DNA of 64,000 bases from a virus (IMGVR_UViG_3300018495_000076:32001-96000), one strand, 5' to 3'; positions 37,393 through 47,091 are shown, counted from the stretch's first letter. Notes: generated from the letters alone by a model not told the origin. Numbers and translations: made by a program.

Positions 37393-37508
37393 GATGAACA
37401 TCTCTTATAGGCTTTGGTATCGACACAAAGCACACTTATAAACGTTCTGATATAAATATAGTGTGGTAACGGGGAGAGGCGCACTTAAATATCCCCTTTC
37501 CACCAAAT

Positions 37509-37583
37509 GGTCGGTTAGTGAAGTGGTTAACTCACAAGATTTTCATTCTTGTAGCACGAGTTCGAATCTCGTACCGACTACCA
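37509..37583 (+). tRNA. tRNA-Glu(TTC)
   Basis: cloverleaf; anticodon arm CAAGA-TTTTCAT-TCTTG; encoded CCA. Confidence 0.85.
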
Positions 37584-37586
37584 CAT

Positions 37587-37662
37587 GACACCATAGCTCA
37601 GTTGGTAGAGCAGCAGACTGTTAATCTGCGGGTCGTAGGTTCAAGCCCTACTGGTGTCGCCA
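37587..37662 (+). tRNA. tRNA-Asn(GTT)
   Basis: cloverleaf; loop CTGTTAA; CCA. Confidence 0.93.
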
Positions 37663-37666
37663 TTAT

Positions 37667-37742
37667 GGGGGTGTAGCTCAGTTGGGAGAGCACCTGCCCT
37701 GCAAGCAGGGGGTCAAGGGTTCGAATCCCTTCATCTCCACCA
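37667..37742 (+). tRNA. tRNA-Ala(TGC)
   Basis: cloverleaf; loop CCTGCAA; G3-U70; CCA. Confidence 0.93.
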
Positions 37743-37882
37743 TCGGGTAGATAAGATAACAAAATGCGCCACTACCTACAACATATTGGACAAGACGGTA
37801 GCCATCGTACTTAGTGCGGGGTCGTTAGTCGGTATGGTATCAAATTGGCAGATGTGTGGTTGACGGTACCTAACCGTTATTT

Positions 37883-37959
37883 GGCCCGGTAGTTCAGTTG
37901 GTTAGAACGCTAGCCTGTCACGCTAGAGGTCGTGGGTTCGAGTCCCATCCGGGTCGCCA
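37883..37959 (+). tRNA. tRNA-Asp(GTC)
   Basis: cloverleaf; loop CTGTCAC; CCA. Confidence 0.93.
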
Positions 37960-38011
37960 AGCAGTTTTTAGTAGGTTTCTGCTGCCACAGCTAAATAAAC
38001 TTACATTTTAT

Positions 38012-38096
38012 GGGAGAGTAGTAAATCGGCAACTACACGGGACTGTAAATCCCGCACCTTCGGGTACAGTGGGGTCGGCACCCACCTCTCCCACCA
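38012..38096 (+). tRNA. tRNA-Tyr(GTA)
   Basis: loop CTGTAAA, long variable arm, atypical T-loop; CCA. Confidence 0.85.
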
Positions 38097-38100
38097 ACAA

Positions 38101-38200
38101 AAGACACATACAGCAACTTTATCTGGTTGTCAAGCGGTTAAGACATTTCTCTCGAAAAGAAATAACACGGGTTCAAATCCCGTCCTACATAATGTGTCTT
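38101..38200 (+). ncRNA. tRNA-like RNA: D, anticodon (CGA) and T arms closed by a non-acceptor 9-bp stem (skipping-rope-like)
   Basis: AAGACACAT-ACAGCAA...ATGTGTCTT outer stem; no acceptor stem or CCA. Confidence 0.65.
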
Positions 38201-38207
38201 GTTTGAT

Positions 38208-38282
38208 GCTGGCGTAGCACAACGGTAGTGCCCCTCACTTGTAATGAGGATGTTGTAGGTTCGAATCCTATCGCCAGCTCCA
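38208..38282 (+). tRNA. tRNA-Thr(TGT)
   Basis: cloverleaf; loop CTTGTAA; CCA. Confidence 0.9.
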
Positions 38283-38288
38283 ATATAT

Positions 38289-38366
38289 TGCGGGGTAGAG
38301 CAGTCAGGTAGCTCGTTAGGCTCATAACCTAAAAGTCGGTGGTTCAAATCCACCCCTTCGCAACCA
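38289..38366 (+). tRNA. tRNA-Met(CAT), initiator-like body
   Basis: fMet-like D arm and T-loop; loop CTCATAA; one extra base on the 3' acceptor strand. Confidence 0.85.
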
Positions 38367-38372
38367 AACAGA

Positions 38373-38420
38373 ACCCGACACGCCTCTCAACGATGCGGAC
38401 CACGTCGGGTCGTTTTTTAT
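38373..38420 (+). terminator. hairpin with structured loop plus U-tract closing the tRNA cluster
   Basis: ACCCGAC...GTCGGGT followed by TTTTTT. Confidence 0.55.
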
Positions 38421-38445
38421 TAAAAAGAGAATGGAGGAGAAGATT

Positions 38446-38766
38446 ATGGTTGTAACACGAGAAATGATAATTAAAACACTTTCAGAAAAAAGTGGCTATT
38501 ATCAAAAAGATGTGAGATCGCTTTTACAATGTCTTGACGATGTTGTGCTTGAATATTTTAGTGCCGTAACTGACGAAGAAGATGTGTCAATACAACTAGT
38601 GCAGGGTGTGAAAATTGGTTGCAAAGTTGTGCCAGAAAGAGCACGTAAGGATCCTAGGGACCAGAGTGATATCGTATGTCTAGCCCAAACAAAGCCATTT
38701 GCGAAATTTTCACAAAATTTTAGAGATATTATTCAAAAACAATATGAATCTAGAAAGGACGGTTAA
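38446..38766 (+). CDS. HU/IHF-like DNA-binding protein
   Basis: MIIKTLSEKSG...ERARKDPR...KPFAKFS pattern. Confidence 0.75.
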   Translation: MVVTREMIIKTLSEKSGYYQKDVRSLLQCLDDVVLEYFSAVTDEEDVSIQLVQGVKIGCKVVPERARKDPRDQSDIVCLAQTKPFAKFSQNFRDIIQKQYESRKDG

Positions 38767-38784
38767 TGCCGTCTTTTTATTTTT
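38755..38784 (+). terminator. intrinsic terminator
   Basis: GACGG-TTAATG-CCGTC plus T-tract. Confidence 0.65.
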
Positions 38785-38805
38785 AAAAGAAGGGGAAGAA
38801 GAGTT

Positions 38806-40029
38806 ATGAATGATGTTTTGAAAAGATTAGACGGAGAAACTGAAAATCAAATGTTGTGGCGTCTTGGTAGAGCCAAAGCGTCAGGTGTTTTGGGTGCAAT
38901 CACATGGCCTGAAGTAGCAGCAGTTATGAATAAAGAGTTTCGAGATGGAGAGGAAAATTATTTTGATTCTTCTGCTTATCGTAAAAGGTATAAAAATTTT
39001 TCAGACGCATATGAAGAACTTTTTAGTAAAGAAAACTTTGCTAGTAAGGAAATTGTATCTCTTGTAGAGCATAAGCGTGAACTTGAAAAAGAAAAAATTA
39101 AACTTCGAGATGAGCGTATCGATTATCAAAAATCGTTAAGAGAGGACGCACGCAGAGAGTCTTTTATTGAACTCGTTGAAAGAGCCATGGCAAGCAATGT
39201 TGAATCGTTTGATTATAAACCATCAAGAATATCATATTATACGGATTCCGACGACATGGTTGTTTGTTTGAGCGATTTGCATGCAGGCATTGAGGTTCAA
39301 AATTGGTGGAACACATATGATGTTAAAATTTTAAAAAGTAGGTTGCATCGTTATCTTGATGAGATTATCAGAATTCAACACACACATCGTTGTAACACTT
39401 GTCATCTTGTTCTTGGTGGGGATAATATTTCAGGACTAATCCACTCTAACCTTAGATTACAAAACAACGAAAATGTTGTAGAGCAACTTAAAATTGCTGT
39501 AACTTATATCGGTGAGTTTATTAATGCATTACAAGTTTTTTTTGATGAAATTAAAGTGCACAGTGTATCTGGTAATCATTCAAGATTAAATCCAAACAAA
39601 GATGACCATCTAAAAGGTGAAGAACTTGATGATATGATTCCGTTTTGTTTGAGTTTACAGTTTGCAAAAAACGACAAAGTTAAAATTTGTGATGGTTATG
39701 CAGAAAAGATTGATAGCACTATGAGTGCGTTTGTTACTACTGGTGGAAAACGTTTTTATATTGTCCACGGTGATAAAGATGCCCCGTCCAATGTGGTGAA
39801 AAATCTTACACTTATATCTGGTACCAAGCCTGATGGTATTATTATGGGTCACAGACATCATAATGCTTTAGATACGGAGCATAATGTAAAAATTATTCAG
39901 TGTGGCTGTGTGGTCGGCATGGATGATTATTGTGTAGATAAACGTATTTCTGGTGAGCCAGAACAATGTGTATTTATCACAAGTAAAAATAGAACAGTCA
40001 AATGTTTATATGACATTGGATTAAATTAA
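38806..40029 (+). CDS. YonJ-like calcineurin-like phosphoesterase with N-terminal coiled coil
   Basis: SDLHAG, GGD, GNHSR, HGD, GHRHH motifs. Confidence 0.85.
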   Translation: MNDVLKRLDGETENQMLWRLGRAKASGVLGAITWPEVAAVMNKEFRDGEENYFDSSAYRKRYKNFSDAYEELFSKENFASKEIVSLVEHKRELEKEKIKLRDERIDYQKSLREDARRESFIELVERAMASNVESFDYKPSRISYYTDSDDMVVCLSDLHAGIEVQNWWNTYDVKILKSRLHRYLDEIIRIQHTHRCNTCHLVLGGDNISGLIHSNLRLQNNENVVEQLKIAVTYIGEFINALQVFFDEIKVHSVSGNHSRLNPNKDDHLKGEELDDMIPFCLSLQFAKNDKVKICDGYAEKIDSTMSAFVTTGGKRFYIVHGDKDAPSNVVKNLTLISGTKPDGIIMGHRHHNALDTEHNVKIIQCGCVVGMDDYCVDKRISGEPEQCVFITSKNRTVKCLYDIGLN

Positions 40030-40066
40030 TACAATACAAAATGATTTAGAAAGAGAGAAAATAATT

Positions 40067-40333
40067 ATGAATCTGAATGAAAAAGACACGAGAAAGAGTC
40101 GCCTTATTTTTGACGCAAAAATTGCGAGAAAATTGCTCAAACAAGGTTTTGTTGTAATTGATATTAAGCCAAATAGAGAAAATACCGATAAGAGTATTTT
40201 TGTGTTTGAGAACACGGAAGAGTTTAAGACGGCACTGACAAAAATTATGGAAGAGCTTAAAGAAAAAAAGGTAGAAGACAAAATTGAAGTTGATGTTGAT
40301 GTAAATTTTGAAGTCTCATATGAGATAAAATAA
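40067..40333 (+). CDS. DUF5659-like protein
   Basis: IARKLLKQGF...IKPNREN...FVFE motif. Confidence 0.65.
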   Translation: MNLNEKDTRKSRLIFDAKIARKLLKQGFVVIDIKPNRENTDKSIFVFENTEEFKTALTKIMEELKEKKVEDKIEVDVDVNFEVSYEIK

Positions 40334-40368
40334 TTACTCCTTAAATATATCAGAATGGAGTGATATCT

Positions 40369-41625
40369 ATGGCAAAAGCAATGGGCAGTAAAAAGCCAAT
40401 GACCATGGCAAAAGACCCTGTTCCAGAATATGTTTGTCCACATTGTGGAGAATCAAAAAAGAAAACTTCTTTTTATATGTCTTCTGACCCAGCAGTGTCA
40501 ATTGGAATTGCGTTTCCTTGCAAAGAGTGCTCCGAAAAAATTGCTCGCAGATATGACCCAAAGACAGGTTCTTATTCAGATGTAACTGAAAGTTCATTAA
40601 AGAATGCGCTGATGTATTTGGATAAACCGTTTATTAAAACCCTATGGGATACTGCATATAAAGAAGTGCATGACGAAACATTGAAGCAACCGAAGCACAA
40701 TATGTGGGCGTCGTACATTAAAAATGTGCAAATGAAAAATTACAAAACCATGCGATGGAGAGATGGCGACTTTGATGATGTAAATGTTAATGAGGAAATT
40801 CACTCCAATACAGTTGCTATGCCACAAAATCAAGAGGTATTAGATGAATTTGAAAAGAACCGCAAGGATGTTATTAGGTTGATTGGCTATGATCCATTTG
40901 ACAAAGAAGCGGAAGAAGATAAACCTCTTCTTTATGCACAGTTAATTGGTTATATAGACGGTGATGGTAATAACGATGACATGACTCGTATTCTTGACTG
41001 CATTGAAATTGTGCGTGGTTATTTACAATTGCAAAAAGTTAATGATATGTCTGCAAAAGCATTTGCTAACTTAGCAAAAACTGGACAATCTGGTGAAATT
41101 AAAAATTTGATGGATACCAAAAAGAAACTTGCCGATGTTATTAGTCAGCTTGCTGAACAAAGTTGTATTAGTCAGAAACATAATAAAAATGCCAAAAAAG
41201 GTGAAAACACTTGGACTGGTAAAATTAAAATGCTTCAAGATTTGAGTTTGCGAGAAGCTGAAAATAATGGTTTTGATATTGGCACATGTCGTGGCATGCA
41301 ACAAGTGTTAGAAATTAGTGACGCATCAATTATGAAGCAGTTAGCACTTGATGAATCTGAGTGGTCAGATATGGTTGCACAACAACGGCAAAAAATTGTT
41401 GACTTACAATCACAAAGAGATATATATAAAGAAATTAACAGAATTCTTTTAAGAGAAAATATTGATTTAAGAGATACTTTATCAGAAAACGACTTGCTTG
41501 ATGAATCAAATCTACAAAATTTAAAACAACTCTTCTCTGTTTTCTCAGAAATAGAAAAAGACAACGAAGAGGATGATGAAGATTTGTCAGAAGATACATC
41601 TAGTGAGGTGGATACTGATGAATGA
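40369..41625 (+). CDS. Zn-finger protein upstream of the terminase (putative small subunit or packaging factor)
   Basis: CPHCG...CKEC; overlaps terminase start; SPbeta-like synteny. Confidence 0.6.
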   Translation: MAKAMGSKKPMTMAKDPVPEYVCPHCGESKKKTSFYMSSDPAVSIGIAFPCKECSEKIARRYDPKTGSYSDVTESSLKNALMYLDKPFIKTLWDTAYKEVHDETLKQPKHNMWASYIKNVQMKNYKTMRWRDGDFDDVNVNEEIHSNTVAMPQNQEVLDEFEKNRKDVIRLIGYDPFDKEAEEDKPLLYAQLIGYIDGDGNNDDMTRILDCIEIVRGYLQLQKVNDMSAKAFANLAKTGQSGEIKNLMDTKKKLADVISQLAEQSCISQKHNKNAKKGENTWTGKIKMLQDLSLREAENNGFDIGTCRGMQQVLEISDASIMKQLALDESEWSDMVAQQRQKIVDLQSQRDIYKEINRILLRENIDLRDTLSENDLLDESNLQNLKQLFSVFSEIEKDNEEDDEDLSEDTSSEVDTDE

Positions 41626-43678
41626 TTTCAATATTAAAGATTATAAATTTAAGATTATAGAAAACATGGATGATGCAGATGTTATGCGTATGTTTTCAAG
41701 TGACAATGCTGTTTACGTCAAGCCTGGCGTGTACGCTATGTCCACAAGAAAGCTTGAGGCATTAATTAAAATATCATACATTCAGAAATATTATCAATGT
41801 AATCCTGTTAGATTTATTGATAATTTTTTTAATATTGAATTGTTAGACGCACAGGCTTATATTGTGCAAAGAACTTGGAATTGTCCAAATGTATTAGTGC
41901 TTGCTAGCCGTGGTTTTGGTAAAAGTACGGTTATAGATTTAATTCTGATGGCAAAGCATATGTTGTTTTCAAACATATGGACATATATTGCTTCTGGTAC
42001 AGGTGGACAGGCAGAGCAAACATTTACCAAATTGGAGCAAATCGCCAATGACGGCATTGATGAAATGAAAGGTTCTACTGGATATATCTTTAAGAACGAA
42101 GTTTCCATTAATAATGCTGCCGGAGATGGATTTAGCCATGGAAGTAATGGTTTTAAGTATACACTGTACAATGGATCGTTCACTCAAACATTGAACTCAA
42201 ATATCGACGCCAAACGTGGCGCTCGTGGTTCTGTAGTTTTCGACGAGTGTGGTTTTCTATCCGACGAAATGATTAACGTTTATGGCGCATTTGCTGCAGT
42301 TAACAAAAACTTTGCGTCAGGTAAAGATAGAGACGGTCATTCTATTGACCCAATTCGTTTAAGAACGTTTCCAACAAACATTCCTAACCAAAAATTTTAT
42401 ATCAGTTCTGCTTCGGATACTAGTACGAAGTTTTATAGGCTTTATAGAGAGTTTTCTAAAAAGCAAATCATGGGTGATAGAGATTATTGTGTGATTCAGG
42501 TTGACTGTGATGTTGTATTAAATCCGACAATACATGGTGAAGTTGTTAATGCACTTTTGTCTCGTAGTACGATTGAGTCTGAAATGCAGACAAACCCAGA
42601 AAAGGCACGTAGAGAATACTATTGCCAATTCACATCTGACGCCGGGGCGGCAGCCATTATCAAGCGTGGTGTTATTGCTAGAAATAGTGAAACAAGAGTG
42701 CCTTTGTTATATAATGACACAAATAAAAAGAAGTTTGTGCTTTGTTATGACCCGGCAAGAAGTCGAGATAATAGTATTATTTTGATAATGGAGATTTATA
42801 TAGATCCATCAACACAAGAGTACAAAGGAAGAATCGTAAACTGTGTCAATTTAATTGATATAGGTAAAAAACGAAAAACTCCTATGCAAACACCTGACCA
42901 GGTTCAATATTTAAAGGAACTTATCCTTGCATACAATGGAGATGCTCCTGATTATGAGAATATTGAAGCAGTTATGATAGATGCTGGTTCTGGTGGTGGC
43001 GGTGTTAATATTGCAGACTATTTGATGGAAGATTGGGTTGATGATAGAGGCAAAACTCATCGTGGTTTGATTGATAAAGAATATAGTGCGGACTATGTTA
43101 GTAAATATCCAAATGCCGTTGATAAGGTCAGACTTATGTCACCTTCTCAATTTAAATCAATGATGTGCGAAGCACTTATTGAAATGATGAATATGGATTT
43201 AATTAGTTTAACCACTGATTATGATAATAAGGGATATTTAACAATATTTGAAACCGACGAAAAGGAACTTAATAAAGAGAAAAAGAGAATTGAAGAAGAA
43301 TTAAAAAAACAAAAAGTTCCAGATGATGAAATTCCAACGAAAACACGAGAGTTGTTAAAAGAGGCTTCTTGTGTAAAAACAAAAATCGTTAAATTGGACT
43401 ACTATCAAGAAATTGCGCTCAGTAATATTGACGCTCTTAAAGAAGAGATGGTTAATATTGTTCGTAAAAAGCGTGATAGTGGTAAAGACTCTTTTGATCT
43501 AACACCCGAAAAACAAAATCAGTTACATGATGACCGTTTTTATTGCGCTTGTTTGGCAGCCTATTATTTGTCTGAGAAGCGCAGAGAAAATATTGTTAAA
43601 AGAAAACCAATAGAAGATTTTAATCAATTCTTTGAATTTAGGCGTCCTAAGGCGACGCATAGTTATTTTAATCGCTAA
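41618..43678 (+). CDS. terL: terminase large subunit
   Basis: Walker A ASRGFGKS, Walker B VVFDE, ISSA, nuclease YDPAR...D...HDDR. Confidence 0.92.
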   Translation: MNDFNIKDYKFKIIENMDDADVMRMFSSDNAVYVKPGVYAMSTRKLEALIKISYIQKYYQCNPVRFIDNFFNIELLDAQAYIVQRTWNCPNVLVLASRGFGKSTVIDLILMAKHMLFSNIWTYIASGTGGQAEQTFTKLEQIANDGIDEMKGSTGYIFKNEVSINNAAGDGFSHGSNGFKYTLYNGSFTQTLNSNIDAKRGARGSVVFDECGFLSDEMINVYGAFAAVNKNFASGKDRDGHSIDPIRLRTFPTNIPNQKFYISSASDTSTKFYRLYREFSKKQIMGDRDYCVIQVDCDVVLNPTIHGEVVNALLSRSTIESEMQTNPEKARREYYCQFTSDAGAAAIIKRGVIARNSETRVPLLYNDTNKKKFVLCYDPARSRDNSIILIMEIYIDPSTQEYKGRIVNCVNLIDIGKKRKTPMQTPDQVQYLKELILAYNGDAPDYENIEAVMIDAGSGGGGVNIADYLMEDWVDDRGKTHRGLIDKEYSADYVSKYPNAVDKVRLMSPSQFKSMMCEALIEMMNMDLISLTTDYDNKGYLTIFETDEKELNKEKKRIEEELKKQKVPDDEIPTKTRELLKEASCVKTKIVKLDYYQEIALSNIDALKEEMVNIVRKKRDSGKDSFDLTPEKQNQLHDDRFYCACLAAYYLSEKRRENIVKRKPIEDFNQFFEFRRPKATHSYFNR

Positions 43679-43696
43679 AGAAAGGAGGCAGATTAT

Positions 43697-45217
43697 ATGG
43701 CAGAAAAGCAAAAAGTAATCAAAGAGCAAAAGGAACAATTGAATTTTACCGAGATGGCAGAGAATATGAAGCAATTTGCCAAAGCGATGGATGACATCTT
43801 GCAGCTTACAGATTTGACAGCCAATGGTACAAAAACATGGACTGTATTTGATAAAGAAGCACTACGTTCCTATATGCAGAACCCATACGCAGCAAGTTCA
43901 CAAACTTCTCTGCGTAATTTAGCGAGATTTTTATATACACTATCATTCCCATTACGTAGAATTGTAAATTATTTTGCCAGCCTTCCTGACTTTAGTGCTT
44001 ACAAAGTAAATTTAGATTTTAGTCTAATTGAAGACAATGATGAAGAGTCTATGCTTCAAGACTACGAAAACGCATGTAGATTTATTCGTAAAATGAATCT
44101 AACACTTAATATGTTTAAACTGTTAGTTATAGCATGGCGTGAAGGAATTGTTTATTTTCAACCGTATCAGGACGATGATGGTACAATGCTATTGTTTCCA
44201 TTGGACTCACAATATTGCAAGGTGAGTTCGGTTGGATACAATGGATTACTTCATGTGGCTTTTGACTTTTCATTCTTCCGTGGAACAAATGCATTCTACT
44301 TGGAAGTATGGGACAAGGAATATAAACAAAAGTACAACAAATTCGAAGGTGACACTTCGTTGCGTTGGCAGGAACTTGAAACGGCAAGGGCGTTCAAGAT
44401 CGATATTGCAGATAGTGATTTGGTGATTAGTCCATTTGCGTCGTTATTTGAAGGCTTGATTGACCTTATTGACTTACAATCATTGATTGCAATTAAAGAT
44501 TCTTTGGATATTTACAAGTTGCTAGTTATGAAAATACCGTTGTTAAATAGTAAAAATCCAGACGACATGGCTATTAACTTAAATCTTGCAAAGAAGTTCT
44601 TTAACTTAGCACTTGAGAGTTTGCCACCAGAAATTGGACTTATTTTGTCACCGGGTATGGATGTTGATAGTATTTCGTTTGATAAAAACGCAACATCAGA
44701 TACAAATGCTATTGCAGATAGTTATCAGAACCTAATGGAACAGACTGGTATTAGTCAAATATTCGACTCAAGCCGTTTAACTGGTGCCTCATCGGTTATG
44801 ATGAGTATGCTATCCGACGCATTGATGGCAACAAAGGGAATTATGGAACAAGTTGCGGCATTTGTAAATGAACGCATACAAATGGAATTTCCTAACTCGA
44901 TGGCTTATATTAAGTTTATTGATGTTACCACATATGATAAAAAAGACAGAATTAATACTGTTAAGGAGGCAGCCTCACTTGGTTTGCCTGTTAAGCAAGA
45001 GTATATGACATTGCTTGGTTATGATCCGTTGGAGACTATGGCATCTGATTGGTTGGAAACAAAACTTAGTATGGCTGTAACGACATTCATACATCCTCTT
45101 GTTAGTTCTCATACACAGGGGGCAGGGTCTGACACAGGTGGAGCACCAACTAAAAAAGACGGTGATTTGTCCGATAGTGGTGCAGAGACAAAAGATAAAG
45201 AAAAGAATAAAAAATAA
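43697..45217 (+). CDS. portal protein
   Basis: 506 aa directly after the terminase; SPbeta-like layout. Confidence 0.8.
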   Translation: MAEKQKVIKEQKEQLNFTEMAENMKQFAKAMDDILQLTDLTANGTKTWTVFDKEALRSYMQNPYAASSQTSLRNLARFLYTLSFPLRRIVNYFASLPDFSAYKVNLDFSLIEDNDEESMLQDYENACRFIRKMNLTLNMFKLLVIAWREGIVYFQPYQDDDGTMLLFPLDSQYCKVSSVGYNGLLHVAFDFSFFRGTNAFYLEVWDKEYKQKYNKFEGDTSLRWQELETARAFKIDIADSDLVISPFASLFEGLIDLIDLQSLIAIKDSLDIYKLLVMKIPLLNSKNPDDMAINLNLAKKFFNLALESLPPEIGLILSPGMDVDSISFDKNATSDTNAIADSYQNLMEQTGISQIFDSSRLTGASSVMMSMLSDALMATKGIMEQVAAFVNERIQMEFPNSMAYIKFIDVTTYDKKDRINTVKEAASLGLPVKQEYMTLLGYDPLETMASDWLETKLSMAVTTFIHPLVSSHTQGAGSDTGGAPTKKDGDLSDSGAETKDKEKNKK

Positions 45218-45233
45218 TTATGGAGGAATAACC

Positions 45234-45416
45234 ATGAACCAAAAATTTATTATTGTGCAAGATGAAGCTACTGCTAACACATTAATTGCTAGTGGTTTTC
45301 AGTTAATTTCTCACATAAATGGAATATATACATTTATGAATATAACTCCTAAACATTTTAATTTTAATGATGTTAATGTTAAGAAGTTGGTGTACACCAA
45401 CATGTTAGCTATATAA
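45234..45416 (+). CDS. small conserved hypothetical protein
   Basis: GGAGG SD; KFIIVQDEATANTLIASGF. Confidence 0.7.
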   Translation: MNQKFIIVQDEATANTLIASGFQLISHINGIYTFMNITPKHFNFNDVNVKKLVYTNMLAI

Positions 45417-45468
45417 TCTCTTTTCCAGGGTTTAATATAGATATCTTAGTGGAAAGGAGGATGACATA

Positions 45469-47079
45469 ATGGCTAAACAAATTTTAACACTTGATAATTT
45501 ATATCAGTTTTATGTACAACAAGATAAAACTGTGAATTTTAGTTCCAAAGAATCTGGTATGCCCATTGTTGTTACGACAAATGGACTTTTTGATGCAAGT
45601 GAGAGTGATATGCCAGGCATGCTTAAATTATGTTTAAAAGTATGTCATATTGATACGAATCGTAATGGTTCTCATATTTCCAAGGAAAACATGGAAAAAG
45701 CAATGCCAACATTGAAGTATCGTCCTATTCTTGCCTACATTCATGAACTTGAAGATGGTACCAAAGATTTTTATGCTCATAATATGGAAATTGTTGAGAA
45801 CGAAAATGGCGAGACTGAAATGAAGTATATTGAAAAGCAGGTTGGATGCTTTACAGCAGACGCACCATGGTTAGAGTATGATACAGATATGGGTAAGACA
45901 TATGTGAGAGCATATGCTGTCATTCCAGAACAATATACAGAGACAGCAGATATTATTCGTAGAAAGAATGGTACCAAGGTTAGTTGCGAACTTGTAATTA
46001 ATGAACTTTCTTATAATGCCAAAGAAAAATATCTCGATTTGACAGATTTTTACTTTGGTGGAACAACTCTTCTTGGAGTTGACGAAGAAGGTAAAGAGAT
46101 AGGTGAGGGCATGCTAGGCTCAAGGGCAGATATAACTGATTTCTGCCACAAAGAACCTGTATTTACATATCAGGACAAAATGATTGAAGTATTAGAAAAG
46201 CTAAATACAACTTTATCTAATTTCAATACAAATACACAGAAAGGAGGAAATGAGAAGATGAATAAGTTTGAAGAGTTGCTTGCGCAATATAGCAAGACTG
46301 TCGAAGATGTAACATTTGAAATTGAAGGCCTTTCTGATGAAGAACTTGAAGCAAAGTTTGCTGAAGTATTTGGTAAACATATGGAAGGTACTGACAACTT
46401 TGCTAATGGCGGTTCAGACACCGATAATGGTGAGCCTGCAACACCAGTTGTAGAAAAATTTGTCAAGACATTTACTGTAGAACTTTCTCACGAAGATGTA
46501 AGATATGCTCTTTATAATCTAATTGACGTCTACGATGAAGAAGATAACGAATGGTATAGTATTAGATCTGTATATGATAACTATTTCTACATGTATGGAT
46601 GGCATACGAACAAATTGTACAAGGTTGGCTATTCTATTGATGGTGAAAATGTGTCTCTTACCGGAGATAAACAGGAAATGTTTGAAATTATAGTTTCAGA
46701 AGCAGAAAAGCAAGCCATTGAGAGCATGAGAGAAAATTATACATCTCTTGAAGAAAAGTATAAAGAACTCAAAGTATTTAAGGACAACTATGATGCTATG
46801 GAACTAAAAGCCAAGAAGGATGCAATCTTTGCAAGATCAGAATATTCTATTCTTGCTGAAGATGAGGCTTTCCAAACACTTATTTCTGAAGCAGATAAAT
46901 ATTCTGTGGATGAAATCGAAACAAAAGCAGATGTAATATTTGCAAAATTTGTTAAGGCAAACGGTGAATATTCTGCAAAGAATGAACCGAGCAAGCCAAA
47001 AACTGTTGGTTTTAATTTTAATGCAAAACCAAGCAAGAAGAAGACCGCATATGGTGGACTTTTTGCAGATGATGAATAA
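45469..47079 (+). CDS. prohead protease/scaffold fusion
   Basis: NRNGS...H...SCE protease-like N-terminus; acidic coiled-coil C-terminus; internal SD+ATG at 46258. Confidence 0.75.
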   Translation: MAKQILTLDNLYQFYVQQDKTVNFSSKESGMPIVVTTNGLFDASESDMPGMLKLCLKVCHIDTNRNGSHISKENMEKAMPTLKYRPILAYIHELEDGTKDFYAHNMEIVENENGETEMKYIEKQVGCFTADAPWLEYDTDMGKTYVRAYAVIPEQYTETADIIRRKNGTKVSCELVINELSYNAKEKYLDLTDFYFGGTTLLGVDEEGKEIGEGMLGSRADITDFCHKEPVFTYQDKMIEVLEKLNTTLSNFNTNTQKGGNEKMNKFEELLAQYSKTVEDVTFEIEGLSDEELEAKFAEVFGKHMEGTDNFANGGSDTDNGEPATPVVEKFVKTFTVELSHEDVRYALYNLIDVYDEEDNEWYSIRSVYDNYFYMYGWHTNKLYKVGYSIDGENVSLTGDKQEMFEIIVSEAEKQAIESMRENYTSLEEKYKELKVFKDNYDAMELKAKKDAIFARSEYSILAEDEAFQTLISEADKYSVDEIETKADVIFAKFVKANGEYSAKNEPSKPKTVGFNFNAKPSKKKTAYGGLFADDE

Positions 47080-47091
47080 CTTTAAACATTT

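Noticed and set aside
37654-38353. ORF-track calls across the tRNA cluster
   Set aside because: They overlap clear tRNA cloverleaves.
37509-38420. Theta (HDV-like) ribozymes at tRNA 3' ends
   Set aside because: I checked the trailers by eye and none has the P3/L3 element; the HDV-like ribozymes here lie in mRNA junctions instead.
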